Part shown: positions 19,213 to 28,454 of the stretch, one piece after another
Position numbering within the stretch: the first letter of the stretch is position 1
Layout of the letters: every line of letters begins with the position of its first letter
NCBI GenBank assembly: GCA_019752595.1
Contig: JAIELV010000001.1
Span: 553,209 to 617,208 of the forward strand
Direction of reading: 5' to 3'
From: Patescibacteria group bacterium
Lineage (GTDB): Bacteria; Patescibacteriota; Minisyncoccia; Phycocordibacterales; Phycocordibacteraceae
DNA: 64,000 nucleotides
Made by a program: the position numbers and the translations under genes
Notes under the pieces: generated by a model
Seen by the model: the letters and a program-made list of their open reading frames with translations, nothing else
Databases searched by the model: none
Told to the model about the DNA's origin: nothing

Positions 19213-19827
19213 TTATTCCAAGATACCGTCCAAGTTCACGTCGTAGAGCATTTGCTCTTGGAGGAGGCGATATTTCACTATTTCCTCAGGTTTAAACCAT
19301 ACTTGCAGCTCTCTTTCAGCTTCTTCAGGGGACTCCGAGCAGTGAATGAGGTTCCTCACAGCCCTGTTCTGGACTGAAGAGTGATCGTAGGAATCAACGG
19401 TGAAATCTCCACGAATCGTACCGACGTCTGATGTTTTCGGCTCTGTAGCGCCTACCAATTTCTTCACCACAGCGACCGATTCATTACCCTGCACGACAAA
19501 CGCAAGAATCGGACCCGCCGTCATAAAATTGACGATGAGATCAATTATCTCTCTCCCATAGTCCATTGCGTCTTTTTCAACGGGCAAATTGTGTAACTTT
19601 CTGTCTGCCACCACGCGCGCACCTTTTGCCGCAAACCACGCATCATCCTTGTTGTAGTGGGCCACAAGCTGTTCACGGTTTGGAACCAAAAGCTTGAATG
19701 CCACAAATTTTAATCCTGTACGTTCAATTCTGCGAATAATTTCACCCATCAACGAGCGCTGGACGCCGTCGGGCTTAATCAATACAAGCGTTCTTTCTTC
19801 TTGAAACTTAAGAATACTGTCGGCCAT
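19213..19827 (-). CDS. ndk: Nucleoside diphosphate kinase
   Basis: ERTLVLIKPDGVQR, GTIRGDF, NLIHCS. Confidence 0.95.
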   Translation of the reverse strand: MADSILKFQEERTLVLIKPDGVQRSLMGEIIRRIERTGLKFVAFKLLVPNREQLVAHYNKDDAWFAAKGARVVADRKLHNLPVEKDAMDYGREIIDLIVNFMTAGPILAFVVQGNESVAVVKKLVGATEPKTSDVGTIRGDFTVDSYDHSSVQNRAVRNLIHCSESPEEAERELQVWFKPEEIVKYRLLQEQMLYDVNLDGILE

Positions 19828-19871
19828 TTCGGGCACTCTAACATACCTTTATAAGGAGGCAACTCGCCGTT

Positions 19872-22793
19872 TTACGTGCCCTGCTCTTTTTGCGCCTCGC
19901 GCATCTGGTTGTACTTTATGTTGATTTCTTCTTCGACGGCATCGCGTGCGCGCCCAAACCGCTGATACGACATCTGCTTCAGTGCTTCCATGTTCATCGG
20001 ATCACCATTTTGGAATGCAATCGTTTCTATAGAAAATGGTGAAACTGGCTTGCCGCCAGCCAAGAGCTTCACGTACGCGTGAAAGTTATCGAGCTTAAAG
20101 AAATCGGTCGTTTCAAACACTGGCTGATACTGCTTTGCTAAAAATTCCGCATCTTCTGTACCGACACGGAACGTTGCCATCGTACCCACGTTACCGAATA
20201 CTGATTCTTTAATTTCTTTCGACAGCTGAGAGATGTACTGGTGCGCAATAGTGAGCGAAAGTCTGAATTTTCTGGCTTCAGAAAGAATTGTGGCAATGGT
20301 GTTTGTGGTTACGTTCTGGAACTCGTCGATATAGAGGTAGAAGTTCGGCGGATTGGTGTGCAGATAATCCGTACGCGCAAGCGCGGTCATCATGATTTTA
20401 CCGACAATCACAAGCCCGAGGAGGTTCGCGTTCAAATCTCCCAAACGGCCTTTCGAAAGGTTCACCAAAAGGATTTTCTTGTTATCCATGATGTCCTTGA
20501 AATTGAAAGCGCTCCTCTGCTGACCGACAATCGGGCGCATGATTTCGTTCGCGATAAAGATGTCGAATTTTGACGTAATGTATGGCACTACGTTTCGAAG
20601 GTCTCCCTCCCCACGTACATTTTCCGCAATATCCTCCCAGAAGTGATTCACTACAGAGTTTCTTGAACGGGAAAGTTTCAGTGCGCGGAAATTGTCGTCC
20701 GCCAAAACACGTGAAATATCCATAAGTGTAGAGCCCGTTTCGGGATCTTCAAGCACCAAAAGCGTGGCGTTTCGGAAGTATTGTTCGAATATCGGACCGA
20801 ATGCCTCAGGCACATCGCCGTACAGCTTCTTGAATATCTTGAACATCTCGTCCACCACGAATGTTTTCTGCTCAGGAAAACGGGGATCATACTCCAGCAT
20901 GTTCAAGCCCATCGGGCGCGCGGTGTATGCGGGATCAAAATAAATCACATCGTCGTAACGTTCCTTCGGAATGCGCGAAAGAATTTCCTGCACGTCAACA
21001 CCGTGCGGGTCTATAAAACACACGCCAGCCCCGCGCTCGATGTCCTGCATAATCATGTGTTTCAGGAAGTTCGTCTTACCCGTACCAGTCTGTCCGATGG
21101 TGTACATGTGACGGAGGCGATCTTCGTCGCCGAAGTGCACTAATGTTTCGATGTTCGAATAACGGTTTCTACCAATCGTAATACCGACTTGCGGCAATCC
21201 TGGTGGCGCAGGTGCAAGTTTTGCACTCGAAGTTTTTGCTTCGCGTGATGCGGTTCCGCCTGCAATGGTCCAGTGAAACATTGTCGAAAGCTCTGAAAGG
21301 TTCATCGGCATCAATGTGCTTCCCTCCACCATCGGTGTTGGTACTTTTTTCGTAAACTCCCAAATCAACTGCTCAATAACGGATTCGTGCGCATCACGGT
21401 CAAACAAACGGAAAATAAATTCGCGCATCAGTTTTCGTTTCGCACTCTTTCCATGCGGCGAATGAAACTTCAAACGATTTCCCTTTGCGTCTTCGTACTG
21501 ACCGAATGTTCCTTCAATTTCCGCAATAATTGCTTTTGCACGCTCTTTAGTACGCGCAGACGCCACAACGCGAATGTTGACGCCGACAATCACGCTCTTT
21601 ATTTTTTTATTGACCGCTTCAACCGTCAGCGTGTCCACGTGCTTATCATGCCCGCCACCACCACCTCCGCCATGCCCACCACCTGAAGAAGACTTCATCA
21701 TGTCTTTGGCCTCTTTTGCCGCCCCTACGAGAAACTGACGCCACAGGGGTTCTGGCTGTTCATACATGTGGTCAAGGAAAATGTACCCATGGCTTTTTTT
21801 CCCTTCATTCAAATCGTGAAGCACTTTGAGCATGCGTTTTGTGTGGTAATCTCCTGCGCCAGCAACAGAAATTTGTATCGATGCACCTTCGCCCTCCTGT
21901 GCGATTTTTGAAAGAGACGCGAGCGTGATGTTTAACGGGTCGTACGTAAAATCTTCAATAGTCTTTAGTGGTAGTGGTGCGGGACGTTTGTATTCTGCGT
22001 AAGCGATTTCAGTTGCGCCAAATTGGTTAAACGGATTGTAGTCATCTTTCTTTTCCGCCACGCGCGCGCGAGGGAAGATAGCAAAAATCTGCTTTTCAAA
22101 AAAGTCTCGTTTTTTGCGCGGAACCGCGAGGTAAAAAATCGCAAATTCGTTTGTATGCGACACCGCGATCTCCATGGTGAAGTGCTCCTTATGAAGCACC
22201 TTCCTGCGTTGTAAATCTTTGAGGAAATACACATCAGGAATAGAAACGAGCGGGATAACCGCCTGATAGAACTGCTCCATCTGCGTGATGATGTCTTTCA
22301 AACTCCCTCCTGCTTTTCCTGCGCCAGACTCAGGCACTGCAACCTCCAAAAGCACAAAATCAAGCGCTCTTGCGATTGGGTCGTGTGGGTCAAGGCCTGG
22401 GATAGCGTGCCCTTCTTTTTTGTACTGCACCAACAATCGGTGGAAATCGTCCTCGAGGTGCGGGTTGTCTATTTCTTCAAGCGCCTTCAGGGCCGCGGAG
22501 AAACCTTTCTCGCGAAGAATGCCAAGGAGGTGCTCCATGTCTTTGTCGTTCGCGTCAGGCGTGAGTTCCAAAATGATTCCCTTATCGCCTGGTTGGTGAT
22601 TTTGAGGCGCCGTAGAATCATCTGAAGCAGGCACCACAGGCGCTTCAACAGGCGGTCGAGGTTCATTACGGTACCCGTATCCACCCCCACCAGAACGGGC
22701 ATTTTCACGCATCTTTGCCATCTGCCTCTCAGGAGAAAGTTTTGCGTTTGCAGTCGAATCAGGACCTTTTAATTGCCCAAATGCCATACGCAT
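19872..22793 (-). CDS. VirD4/TraD/HerA-like ATPase (type IV coupling-protein-like)
   Basis: RLRHMYTIGQTGTGKT, IDPHG, YLYIDEFQN, LSEARKFRLSLTIAHQY. Confidence 0.88.
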   Translation of the reverse strand: MRMAFGQLKGPDSTANAKLSPERQMAKMRENARSGGGGYGYRNEPRPPVEAPVVPASDDSTAPQNHQPGDKGIILELTPDANDKDMEHLLGILREKGFSAALKALEEIDNPHLEDDFHRLLVQYKKEGHAIPGLDPHDPIARALDFVLLEVAVPESGAGKAGGSLKDIITQMEQFYQAVIPLVSIPDVYFLKDLQRRKVLHKEHFTMEIAVSHTNEFAIFYLAVPRKKRDFFEKQIFAIFPRARVAEKKDDYNPFNQFGATEIAYAEYKRPAPLPLKTIEDFTYDPLNITLASLSKIAQEGEGASIQISVAGAGDYHTKRMLKVLHDLNEGKKSHGYIFLDHMYEQPEPLWRQFLVGAAKEAKDMMKSSSGGGHGGGGGGGHDKHVDTLTVEAVNKKIKSVIVGVNIRVVASARTKERAKAIIAEIEGTFGQYEDAKGNRLKFHSPHGKSAKRKLMREFIFRLFDRDAHESVIEQLIWEFTKKVPTPMVEGSTLMPMNLSELSTMFHWTIAGGTASREAKTSSAKLAPAPPGLPQVGITIGRNRYSNIETLVHFGDEDRLRHMYTIGQTGTGKTNFLKHMIMQDIERGAGVCFIDPHGVDVQEILSRIPKERYDDVIYFDPAYTARPMGLNMLEYDPRFPEQKTFVVDEMFKIFKKLYGDVPEAFGPIFEQYFRNATLLVLEDPETGSTLMDISRVLADDNFRALKLSRSRNSVVNHFWEDIAENVRGEGDLRNVVPYITSKFDIFIANEIMRPIVGQQRSAFNFKDIMDNKKILLVNLSKGRLGDLNANLLGLVIVGKIMMTALARTDYLHTNPPNFYLYIDEFQNVTTNTIATILSEARKFRLSLTIAHQYISQLSKEIKESVFGNVGTMATFRVGTEDAEFLAKQYQPVFETTDFFKLDNFHAYVKLLAGGKPVSPFSIETIAFQNGDPMNMEALKQMSYQRFGRARDAVEEEINIKYNQMREAQKEQGT

Positions 22794-22828
22794 TAGTATA
22801 ACGCTCTCTCTGGCACTCAGCGCAAAGA

Positions 22829-22853
22829 AAAACCCCGCGATTGCGGGGTTTTG
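22829..22853 (-). terminator. Rho-independent terminator
   Basis: aaaaccccgc-gatt-gcggggtttt. Confidence 0.75.
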
Positions 22854-22855
22854 TA

Positions 22856-22921
22856 TTACTTCTTTTTATCCTGTTTTGGTTTCTTCTTTTCTTTTCTTCG
22901 CGAATCGTTGCCTTTTGCCAT
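22856..22921 (-). CDS. 21-aa Lys-rich micropeptide MAKGNDSRRKEKKKPKQDKKK
   Basis: Clean ATG-to-TAA ORF with a -10-like box upstream and a terminator immediately downstream. Confidence 0.6.
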   Translation of the reverse strand: MAKGNDSRRKEKKKPKQDKKK

Positions 22922-22976
22922 AGAAAATAATTACTTGTATCTACCTATAATATCACCGCCGAGAACTGGTGCGGAT

Positions 22977-23831
22977 CTATTTTAGAAAACCCACCGTCGA
23001 GAGAAACGGAGTGAAATCTTTTTTAATCTGCGATTCTTGATCAAGATACGAACCTGATATTACGTACACGCGCCCTTCGTGCGCCACCACAAGTGTTTCT
23101 GAGGCGTACAAACCGTCGCCATCATACCGAATTCCTTTTGCACCGTTCAGTGTTGTGTCTGTCACTTCCCCACGTGCGAGTGTAATATTCGAAACACTTG
23201 GATTTGCCTCCGCCCACGCACGCGCAGATTGCGCTTTAGGATTCTTATAAATCAACACACTGATAGTCGGCGGCCCTTCACGTCCAGGCTCCCCAGCCTG
23301 AAGTGCGTCATACTCCGACTTCTGCGTAAGAATGTAGGCTTCTTCAAAATCAGCAGCTTCTTCGTTGCCGTGTGGTGGGGTTGTAAGAACGTACCCATCC
23401 TGCGTACCTTTCCGATAATGGAATCGCACCTTAAGTTCGCGGTCTAACACAATACCTGTAATGCGCAGATAGTGCTCCATGGAACCACACGGCACCACGA
23501 CACCCTCTTCTGTTATGTCACCTACTACTTCAAGCCCGTCGCCAATTGAAAGGGTTGATATATCTCCGATAGAATCTTTCGCTTCGCACAAATTCATCCT
23601 CGCAGGAACTTCAATGGTGTAACTCTTTCCATCTTCAGTTGCCAATATAATTCTTCCAGGACCGTCATACGTCATTGGCTCTAAGTCGACCGCGGTCACA
23701 AGACCGAGTAATTCAATTCGTTTCGTGTCAGACTGCTTTTCGTTATAAATGTACGTGTTCAACGCAAAGAACGCGCCAATTAAGAGTGCGAGAATAATTC
23801 CCCCGCCGATGAGTATGTTTTTTAAATTCAT
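22977..23831 (-). CDS. Membrane-anchored extracellular hypothetical protein
   Basis: N-terminal TM segment, then OB-like and PsbP-like segments. Confidence 0.7.
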   Translation of the reverse strand: MNLKNILIGGGIILALLIGAFFALNTYIYNEKQSDTKRIELLGLVTAVDLEPMTYDGPGRIILATEDGKSYTIEVPARMNLCEAKDSIGDISTLSIGDGLEVVGDITEEGVVVPCGSMEHYLRITGIVLDRELKVRFHYRKGTQDGYVLTTPPHGNEEAADFEEAYILTQKSEYDALQAGEPGREGPPTISVLIYKNPKAQSARAWAEANPSVSNITLARGEVTDTTLNGAKGIRYDGDGLYASETLVVAHEGRVYVISGSYLDQESQIKKDFTPFLSTVGFLK

Positions 23832-23886
23832 ATATATATTCTATCAGGGAGACGAAAGTACCACCCTCACTCTTACATTCCCCCAG

Positions 23887-23909
23887 TGTGCTATACTAAG
23901 TATAGCACA
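23887..23909. repeat. REP palindrome (RAYT family), dispersed copy
   Basis: tgtgctatactaagtatagcaca. Confidence 0.85.
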
Positions 23910-23921
23910 TTTTCTGTAAAA

Positions 23922-24437
23922 CTACGTTGCTTTCGTTTTGAGGTAAAAATCCAAAGCGTGACGAATTCCTTGTGAAAAATCTGAAGGTTGTTTCTTTATC
24001 CAATCCTGCAAATCTGACATCGAAATCCATCTCACGTCTGAAACCTCGCCAGGGTCAAATTGTATTGGGCCGTCGTAGCGCCCTTCGTACACCATGTTAA
24101 ATCGCTTTCGTGTGGGTGTTTCTTCGGTAATTTCTGAGTAATGTTTCCCGATCTCTTTGAGGGTTACATTTTCTATACCAACCTCTTCTTTCAGTTCACG
24201 TACTGCTGCTTCTAAATATTCTTCGCCTTCATCAACATGTCCTGCAGCACTATCATCCCACCGATTCGGGAAAGAGGAGACATGCGAAGAGCGTTTTTGA
24301 ATCAACATCTCCCCTTTCGAGTTAAAAATGAATACTCGAGAGATTCTGTGGATAATTCCTTTCTCAACCGCATCAGGGCGTGAGCCTGCGCCTATAACAT
24401 TGTCGTCAACATCAACATATACAATCTTCTTCTCCAT
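23922..24437 (-). CDS. Nudix hydrolase (IDI-like)
   Basis: HRISRVFIFN, LIQKRS, GHVDEGEEYLEAAVRELKEEVG. Confidence 0.9.
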   Translation of the reverse strand: MEKKIVYVDVDDNVIGAGSRPDAVEKGIIHRISRVFIFNSKGEMLIQKRSSHVSSFPNRWDDSAAGHVDEGEEYLEAAVRELKEEVGIENVTLKEIGKHYSEITEETPTRKRFNMVYEGRYDGPIQFDPGEVSDVRWISMSDLQDWIKKQPSDFSQGIRHALDFYLKTKAT

Positions 24438-24453
24438 ATTTGCAGTATACGGT

Positions 24454-25242
24454 TTAAGAACCGCAGACAAAAGTGAGGGTGTGTTGTTTGCTCTTCAAGA
24501 GGTTAACTTCAGTTTTTACTCCCAAAAGCGAAGCCTCGTCTAACTGAATGTCAGACACACGATTTGCAACGGGATATGAGCCTGAGAATCCAATTGCTGC
24601 TATCTCCAATATTCCAGGGCGTGTGCCGTCAATGGTTACTGGAACAGGGGGTATGGCCGCAACAGCAGATTCACCGTTTTGTATGGAAACGTCAGGAAGC
24701 GAAACACCAGGGAATTTGATATCAAAAGAAGCTGGCGATTCTATAGTGCTACACCCTCTATTTTCAATTACCACATCGACCGCTGTTACGTGAAGTGCGC
24801 CTACTACCCCCACAGCAACAATGGTGATAATTCCCATGGGTCCTTTCACGGTGCGGAAAATTCCTTCCCAAGGAGTTTTCGCACTTCCACTTGCGTTAGT
24901 TTTTTCGGCTACATCAAATTCCTGCTCAACCCGTGCGATTTCTTTTTTTAGTTGAGTGAAAAACGCAAAGAGGCCGAGGACTGCTTTCTTCCTCTTCTTT
25001 TCTTCTTCCGTTCCTTCGGGCATTGCTTCGGCGGAAAGACTCAGGACTTCCCCATTCAAAACTTTCTCTACTTTCCCGAGTTCTGATTCTGCGCGCAGTA
25101 CATGCGACTCTAGCTCAGGATGCATTCCTTTCAGAATGATTCGAATAGAATTCAGTTTTTCCTTGGGCGTTGAAGAATCAGCAAAAACGGCCTGCGCCGC
25201 CGTCAACCGTTTCTTCACGTCCACATAATCTATCTGCTTCAC
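24454..25242 (-). CDS. Hypothetical membrane protein
   Basis: Helical N-terminus, one TM segment, beta-rich C-terminus. Confidence 0.7.
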   Translation of the reverse strand: MKQIDYVDVKKRLTAAQAVFADSSTPKEKLNSIRIILKGMHPELESHVLRAESELGKVEKVLNGEVLSLSAEAMPEGTEEEKKRKKAVLGLFAFFTQLKKEIARVEQEFDVAEKTNASGSAKTPWEGIFRTVKGPMGIITIVAVGVVGALHVTAVDVVIENRGCSTIESPASFDIKFPGVSLPDVSIQNGESAVAAIPPVPVTIDGTRPGILEIAAIGFSGSYPVANRVSDIQLDEASLLGVKTEVNLLKSKQHTLTFVCGS

Positions 25243-25286
25243 AAAAAAATTATACCTCCGTTTCGAAAAAGAGCGCCTCGGCGCTC

Positions 25287-25583
25287 TTAAAGTCTCTCGG
25301 TGTCAAGCATGCGATAGCGACTTTCAATCTGTGTTCTCAGACCCGCACGTTCCGCAGGTGTGGCGCCTATGATATCCAAATAGAGTTCAGCAGTTCTGCG
25401 TCCGTCTCCAGGTTCTTCGTCAACAACGACTTTTACAGGCGCGACACGCCCTTCTCTATATCTTTTGGCACTCGCCTCACGCTCTCGAAACTGCGCTCGT
25501 GCGAAATCGTCCAAATGTGCCTGCGACCAAACCATACCGTTCATTACACACCCATAATACGCCTCTGTCAAACTCACTCTCAA
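25287..25583 (-). CDS. Small hypothetical protein (start uncertain)
   Basis: Fills the gap in a minus-strand gene run. Confidence 0.5.
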   Translation of the reverse strand: MRVSLTEAYYGCVMNGMVWSQAHLDDFARAQFREREASAKRYREGRVAPVKVVVDEEPGDGRRTAELYLDIIGATPAERAGLRTQIESRYRMLDTERL

Positions 25584-26341
25584 ACCTTGAGAGCACGAAG
25601 CAATTCGTCATGCACGTGAGCGTTTGAAGCCACGAATCCGTTCACTTTTCCGTCATACCGCTGCTCAGCGCCCTTTAAATCAGTCACTTTCCCGCCTGCT
25701 TCTTCTACTACGATTTTTACCGCAGCAGCATCCCACGGCTTGTCATAGGGATATATTGCCGCTACGAATTCCCCTGTTGCAACCAGCATGCTTGCGTACA
25801 CGCAGGAATAAATTGTGGGAACGTAACATTCTTTCTCATGTAAATACGCACGGAGCGAAGTCATTCTGTCGTCGGTATTTAATTCGACGAATGATTGTTT
25901 GGTAATTTCCTTTTCGGAAGACACTGAAATTTTCTGTCCGTTCAAATGCGCACCCTTTCCTTTTTCAGCGGATATCATGCGATCCATAATTGGGTCATAC
26001 ATCACCCCAAGAATGCTTTCGCCGTTTTTCGTGAGCGCCAAGGAAAACGCGAACGTCGGGAAACCGTGTGAAAACGGAATCGTGCCGTCCACGGGGTCAC
26101 ACACCCACGCGTATTCGCTTTCTTTCAGATTGCTGGCTTCCTCCCCGATGACAGAGTGCGAGGGATACGCCTTCGAAATGGCTTCAATAACAAGCTTATT
26201 GATTGCGGTGTCGGTTACCGTAAGTGGAGTGTTGTCCGACTTCCACTCTTTCTTCATGCCTGTAACGCCGAGCGAGAAATTCTCCCGCATTATTTTCCCT
26301 GCCTCCCGCGCCAACCCTTCTGCAAATTCAAGCTCTTTCAT
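25580..26341 (-). CDS. Inositol monophosphatase family protein
   Basis: WVCDPVDGT, PWDAAA..IVEEAGG. Confidence 0.93.
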   Translation of the reverse strand: MKELEFAEGLAREAGKIMRENFSLGVTGMKKEWKSDNTPLTVTDTAINKLVIEAISKAYPSHSVIGEEASNLKESEYAWVCDPVDGTIPFSHGFPTFAFSLALTKNGESILGVMYDPIMDRMISAEKGKGAHLNGQKISVSSEKEITKQSFVELNTDDRMTSLRAYLHEKECYVPTIYSCVYASMLVATGEFVAAIYPYDKPWDAAAVKIVVEEAGGKVTDLKGAEQRYDGKVNGFVASNAHVHDELLRALKV

Positions 26342-26377
26342 GCCCCTATTCTACATCTATTCTCAATTCGTAGCGGG

Positions 26378-26419
26378 CAGTATATCACTATGGTAACATG
26401 TTACCATAGTGATATACTG
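26378..26419. repeat. Perfect 42-bp palindrome
   Basis: cagtatatcactatggtaaca|tgttaccatagtgatatactg. Confidence 0.85.
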
Positions 26420-26474
26420 GGCAAAAAACTAACCAATTTCGATTACACTTCAAGAGATTGCGCTTCAAGATTAG

Positions 26475-27242
26475 TCATTCAAGGGTCAAGATTTCAGGTT
26501 TGCCTTTTGTTATCAAAATCGTGTGTTCGAAATGTGCAGCTCGGGAACCATCTTTGGTTACAAACGTATATCCGTCTGGCATCAATTTCACCCTCGGTGT
26601 ACCTTCCGTAAACATAGGCTCAATTGCCAATACCATATTCGGTAAAAGCTCTTCTCCTGTTCCTGCGTCCCCCACATTCGGGATATACGGCTCTTCATGC
26701 ACGCGATGTCCTACGCCGTGCCCACCAAGCTCATACACGATGCCGTAGCCTTTCTCCACGCCTATCTTTTCTATAGCAGCACTGATATCGCCTACGCGCG
26801 CGCCACCTTTTGCAGCATTGATGCCCGCCATCATGGCGTCTTTGGTTGCCTGTAATAGCGCGCGCGTCTCCGCGTCTTTAGTATCGCCTGCTATGACGGA
26901 AATCGCGTGGTCGGTAATCAAACCTTTATGCGTGACCCCGCAATCCAAACTAACAATGTCCCCATTCTGAACCGTGCGCGGATCTTCGTTCGCGACACCG
27001 TGAACTATTTCCTCATTTATAGAAATGCATATAGCCGCGGGGAACGGGCGTTTCGCGCCGCTCGGGGTATAGCCGAGAAACGACGGCGTGTCGCCATTCT
27101 CTCGAATCAATTTTTCCGCTAAGTCATTTAACTCGAGCGTCGTCACTCCTGGCACCACTGCCTTTGCGACTTCCGCCACGACGCGCGCCAAACGTTTACC
27201 GCCTTCACGCAGTATCAGAACTTCTTCGTCAGTCTTCACCAT
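26475..27242 (-). CDS. map: Methionine aminopeptidase
   Basis: CISINEEIVHG, GHGVG..VHEEP, AIEPM, AAHFEHT. Confidence 0.96.
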   Translation of the reverse strand: MVKTDEEVLILREGGKRLARVVAEVAKAVVPGVTTLELNDLAEKLIRENGDTPSFLGYTPSGAKRPFPAAICISINEEIVHGVANEDPRTVQNGDIVSLDCGVTHKGLITDHAISVIAGDTKDAETRALLQATKDAMMAGINAAKGGARVGDISAAIEKIGVEKGYGIVYELGGHGVGHRVHEEPYIPNVGDAGTGEELLPNMVLAIEPMFTEGTPRVKLMPDGYTFVTKDGSRAAHFEHTILITKGKPEILTLE

Positions 27243-27244
27243 AG

Positions 27245-27811
27245 TTAGATTTTTTTTGAAGCGACGTCCATCATCTGCGAAAATACTTCTTCGGGTGTTT
27301 TTTCACCGTCGACGTCAACACAATTACCTATCGAGTGGAAGTACTGAATCGCAGGGTGCGTCAAACGCGCATACTCCGACAGACGACTTTTAATAGCCTC
27401 TTCGTTTTTATCAATGCTATCGCGCCCACGTGCCATGGAACGTGCAAGCACTGTTTCATCTTTTACTTCAAGATTAAATACCGTATACGGGCGCCCGAGC
27501 CATGTGCAGACGCGGTCAATGGTTTCCGCCTGTTCGCGGTCGCGGCCAGAACCTTCAAACACCGCACCCTCTTCGGGAGGAAGGTTGAAAATAAAATCCT
27601 CGAACATATAATCTGCCACCCACGCAGGCATCAAAAGGCCTTTCTCGTAGTCTCCCTTTATCTTCGCTCCGAGCTGAGAGCCCGAGGCAATAATTTCGCG
27701 AAAACGCGCGCCCGTTGAAAACATTTTGAAACCCACCTTCTCAGCCAACAGCCTGCTCTGCGTCTCTTTGCCTGACGCCGGCTTGCCTACAAGAAAAAAC
27801 AAATGTTTCAT
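27245..27811 (-). CDS. adk: Adenylate kinase family protein
   Basis: GKPASGKETQ, STGARFRE; position before map. Confidence 0.85.
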   Translation of the reverse strand: MKHLFFLVGKPASGKETQSRLLAEKVGFKMFSTGARFREIIASGSQLGAKIKGDYEKGLLMPAWVADYMFEDFIFNLPPEEGAVFEGSGRDREQAETIDRVCTWLGRPYTVFNLEVKDETVLARSMARGRDSIDKNEEAIKSRLSEYARLTHPAIQYFHSIGNCVDVDGEKTPEEVFSQMMDVASKKI

Positions 27812-27831
27812 GAAAGTAGAGTGTACCGCGC

Positions 27832-28407
27832 CTAACGAATAGCCTCAACAAGGGTGCGAATAGCGTTTTCGAAATCCTTTTTTGCCTGCTCCACCTCGCC
27901 CTGCTTGTTTTGAATCACGATGTCCGCTTCTTTCATATAGCTCATCTCGTCATCATAGTGCGCCCGTCGCTTCAAAAGCTCTTCGGTAGACATGGGTGAG
28001 CGCGCTTTGATGCGCGCTTCGACGTCTTCCCACGAACCCGCGTTAATGAATACAATCACCAAATCCTCTTTCGGCATTTTTTCGCGTATCTGTCGCACGC
28101 CTTGCACTTCAAGTTCTTTGAGCACAATCTTCCCTGCCTCAACTTGCACTACCACTTCCGCTTTCAAAGTGCCGTATAAATTCCCGCCATATTCCGCCCA
28201 CTCCAAAAACTCGCCGTTATTCACCCTCCCTTCGAAATCTTCCTTCGATACGAAGTAGCGGTAGCCAGAATCTTCACCCTCGCGCGGGGCACGTGTGACA
28301 CATGATTTCGCATACACTACTTCAGGAAACAGCGGGCGTACATGCTCAATAAGTGTATTTTTCCCACTTCCTGAGGTGCCGACAACTAATACGAATTTGC
28401 CTTTCAT
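27832..28407 (-). CDS. gmk: Guanylate kinase
   Basis: GTSGSGKNT, TRAPREGE, FLEWAEYGGNLYGT. Confidence 0.93.
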   Translation of the reverse strand: MKGKFVLVVGTSGSGKNTLIEHVRPLFPEVVYAKSCVTRAPREGEDSGYRYFVSKEDFEGRVNNGEFLEWAEYGGNLYGTLKAEVVVQVEAGKIVLKELEVQGVRQIREKMPKEDLVIVFINAGSWEDVEARIKARSPMSTEELLKRRAHYDDEMSYMKEADIVIQNKQGEVEQAKKDFENAIRTLVEAIR

Positions 28408-28454
28408 AATGGCTTCTTAGCACTATACGCTAGACCCTAATCGCTAAACACTTC

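Noticed and set aside
19872-22793. Integrated conjugative element
   Set aside because: No relaxase, VirB genes, integrase or att sites; the flanks are housekeeping genes
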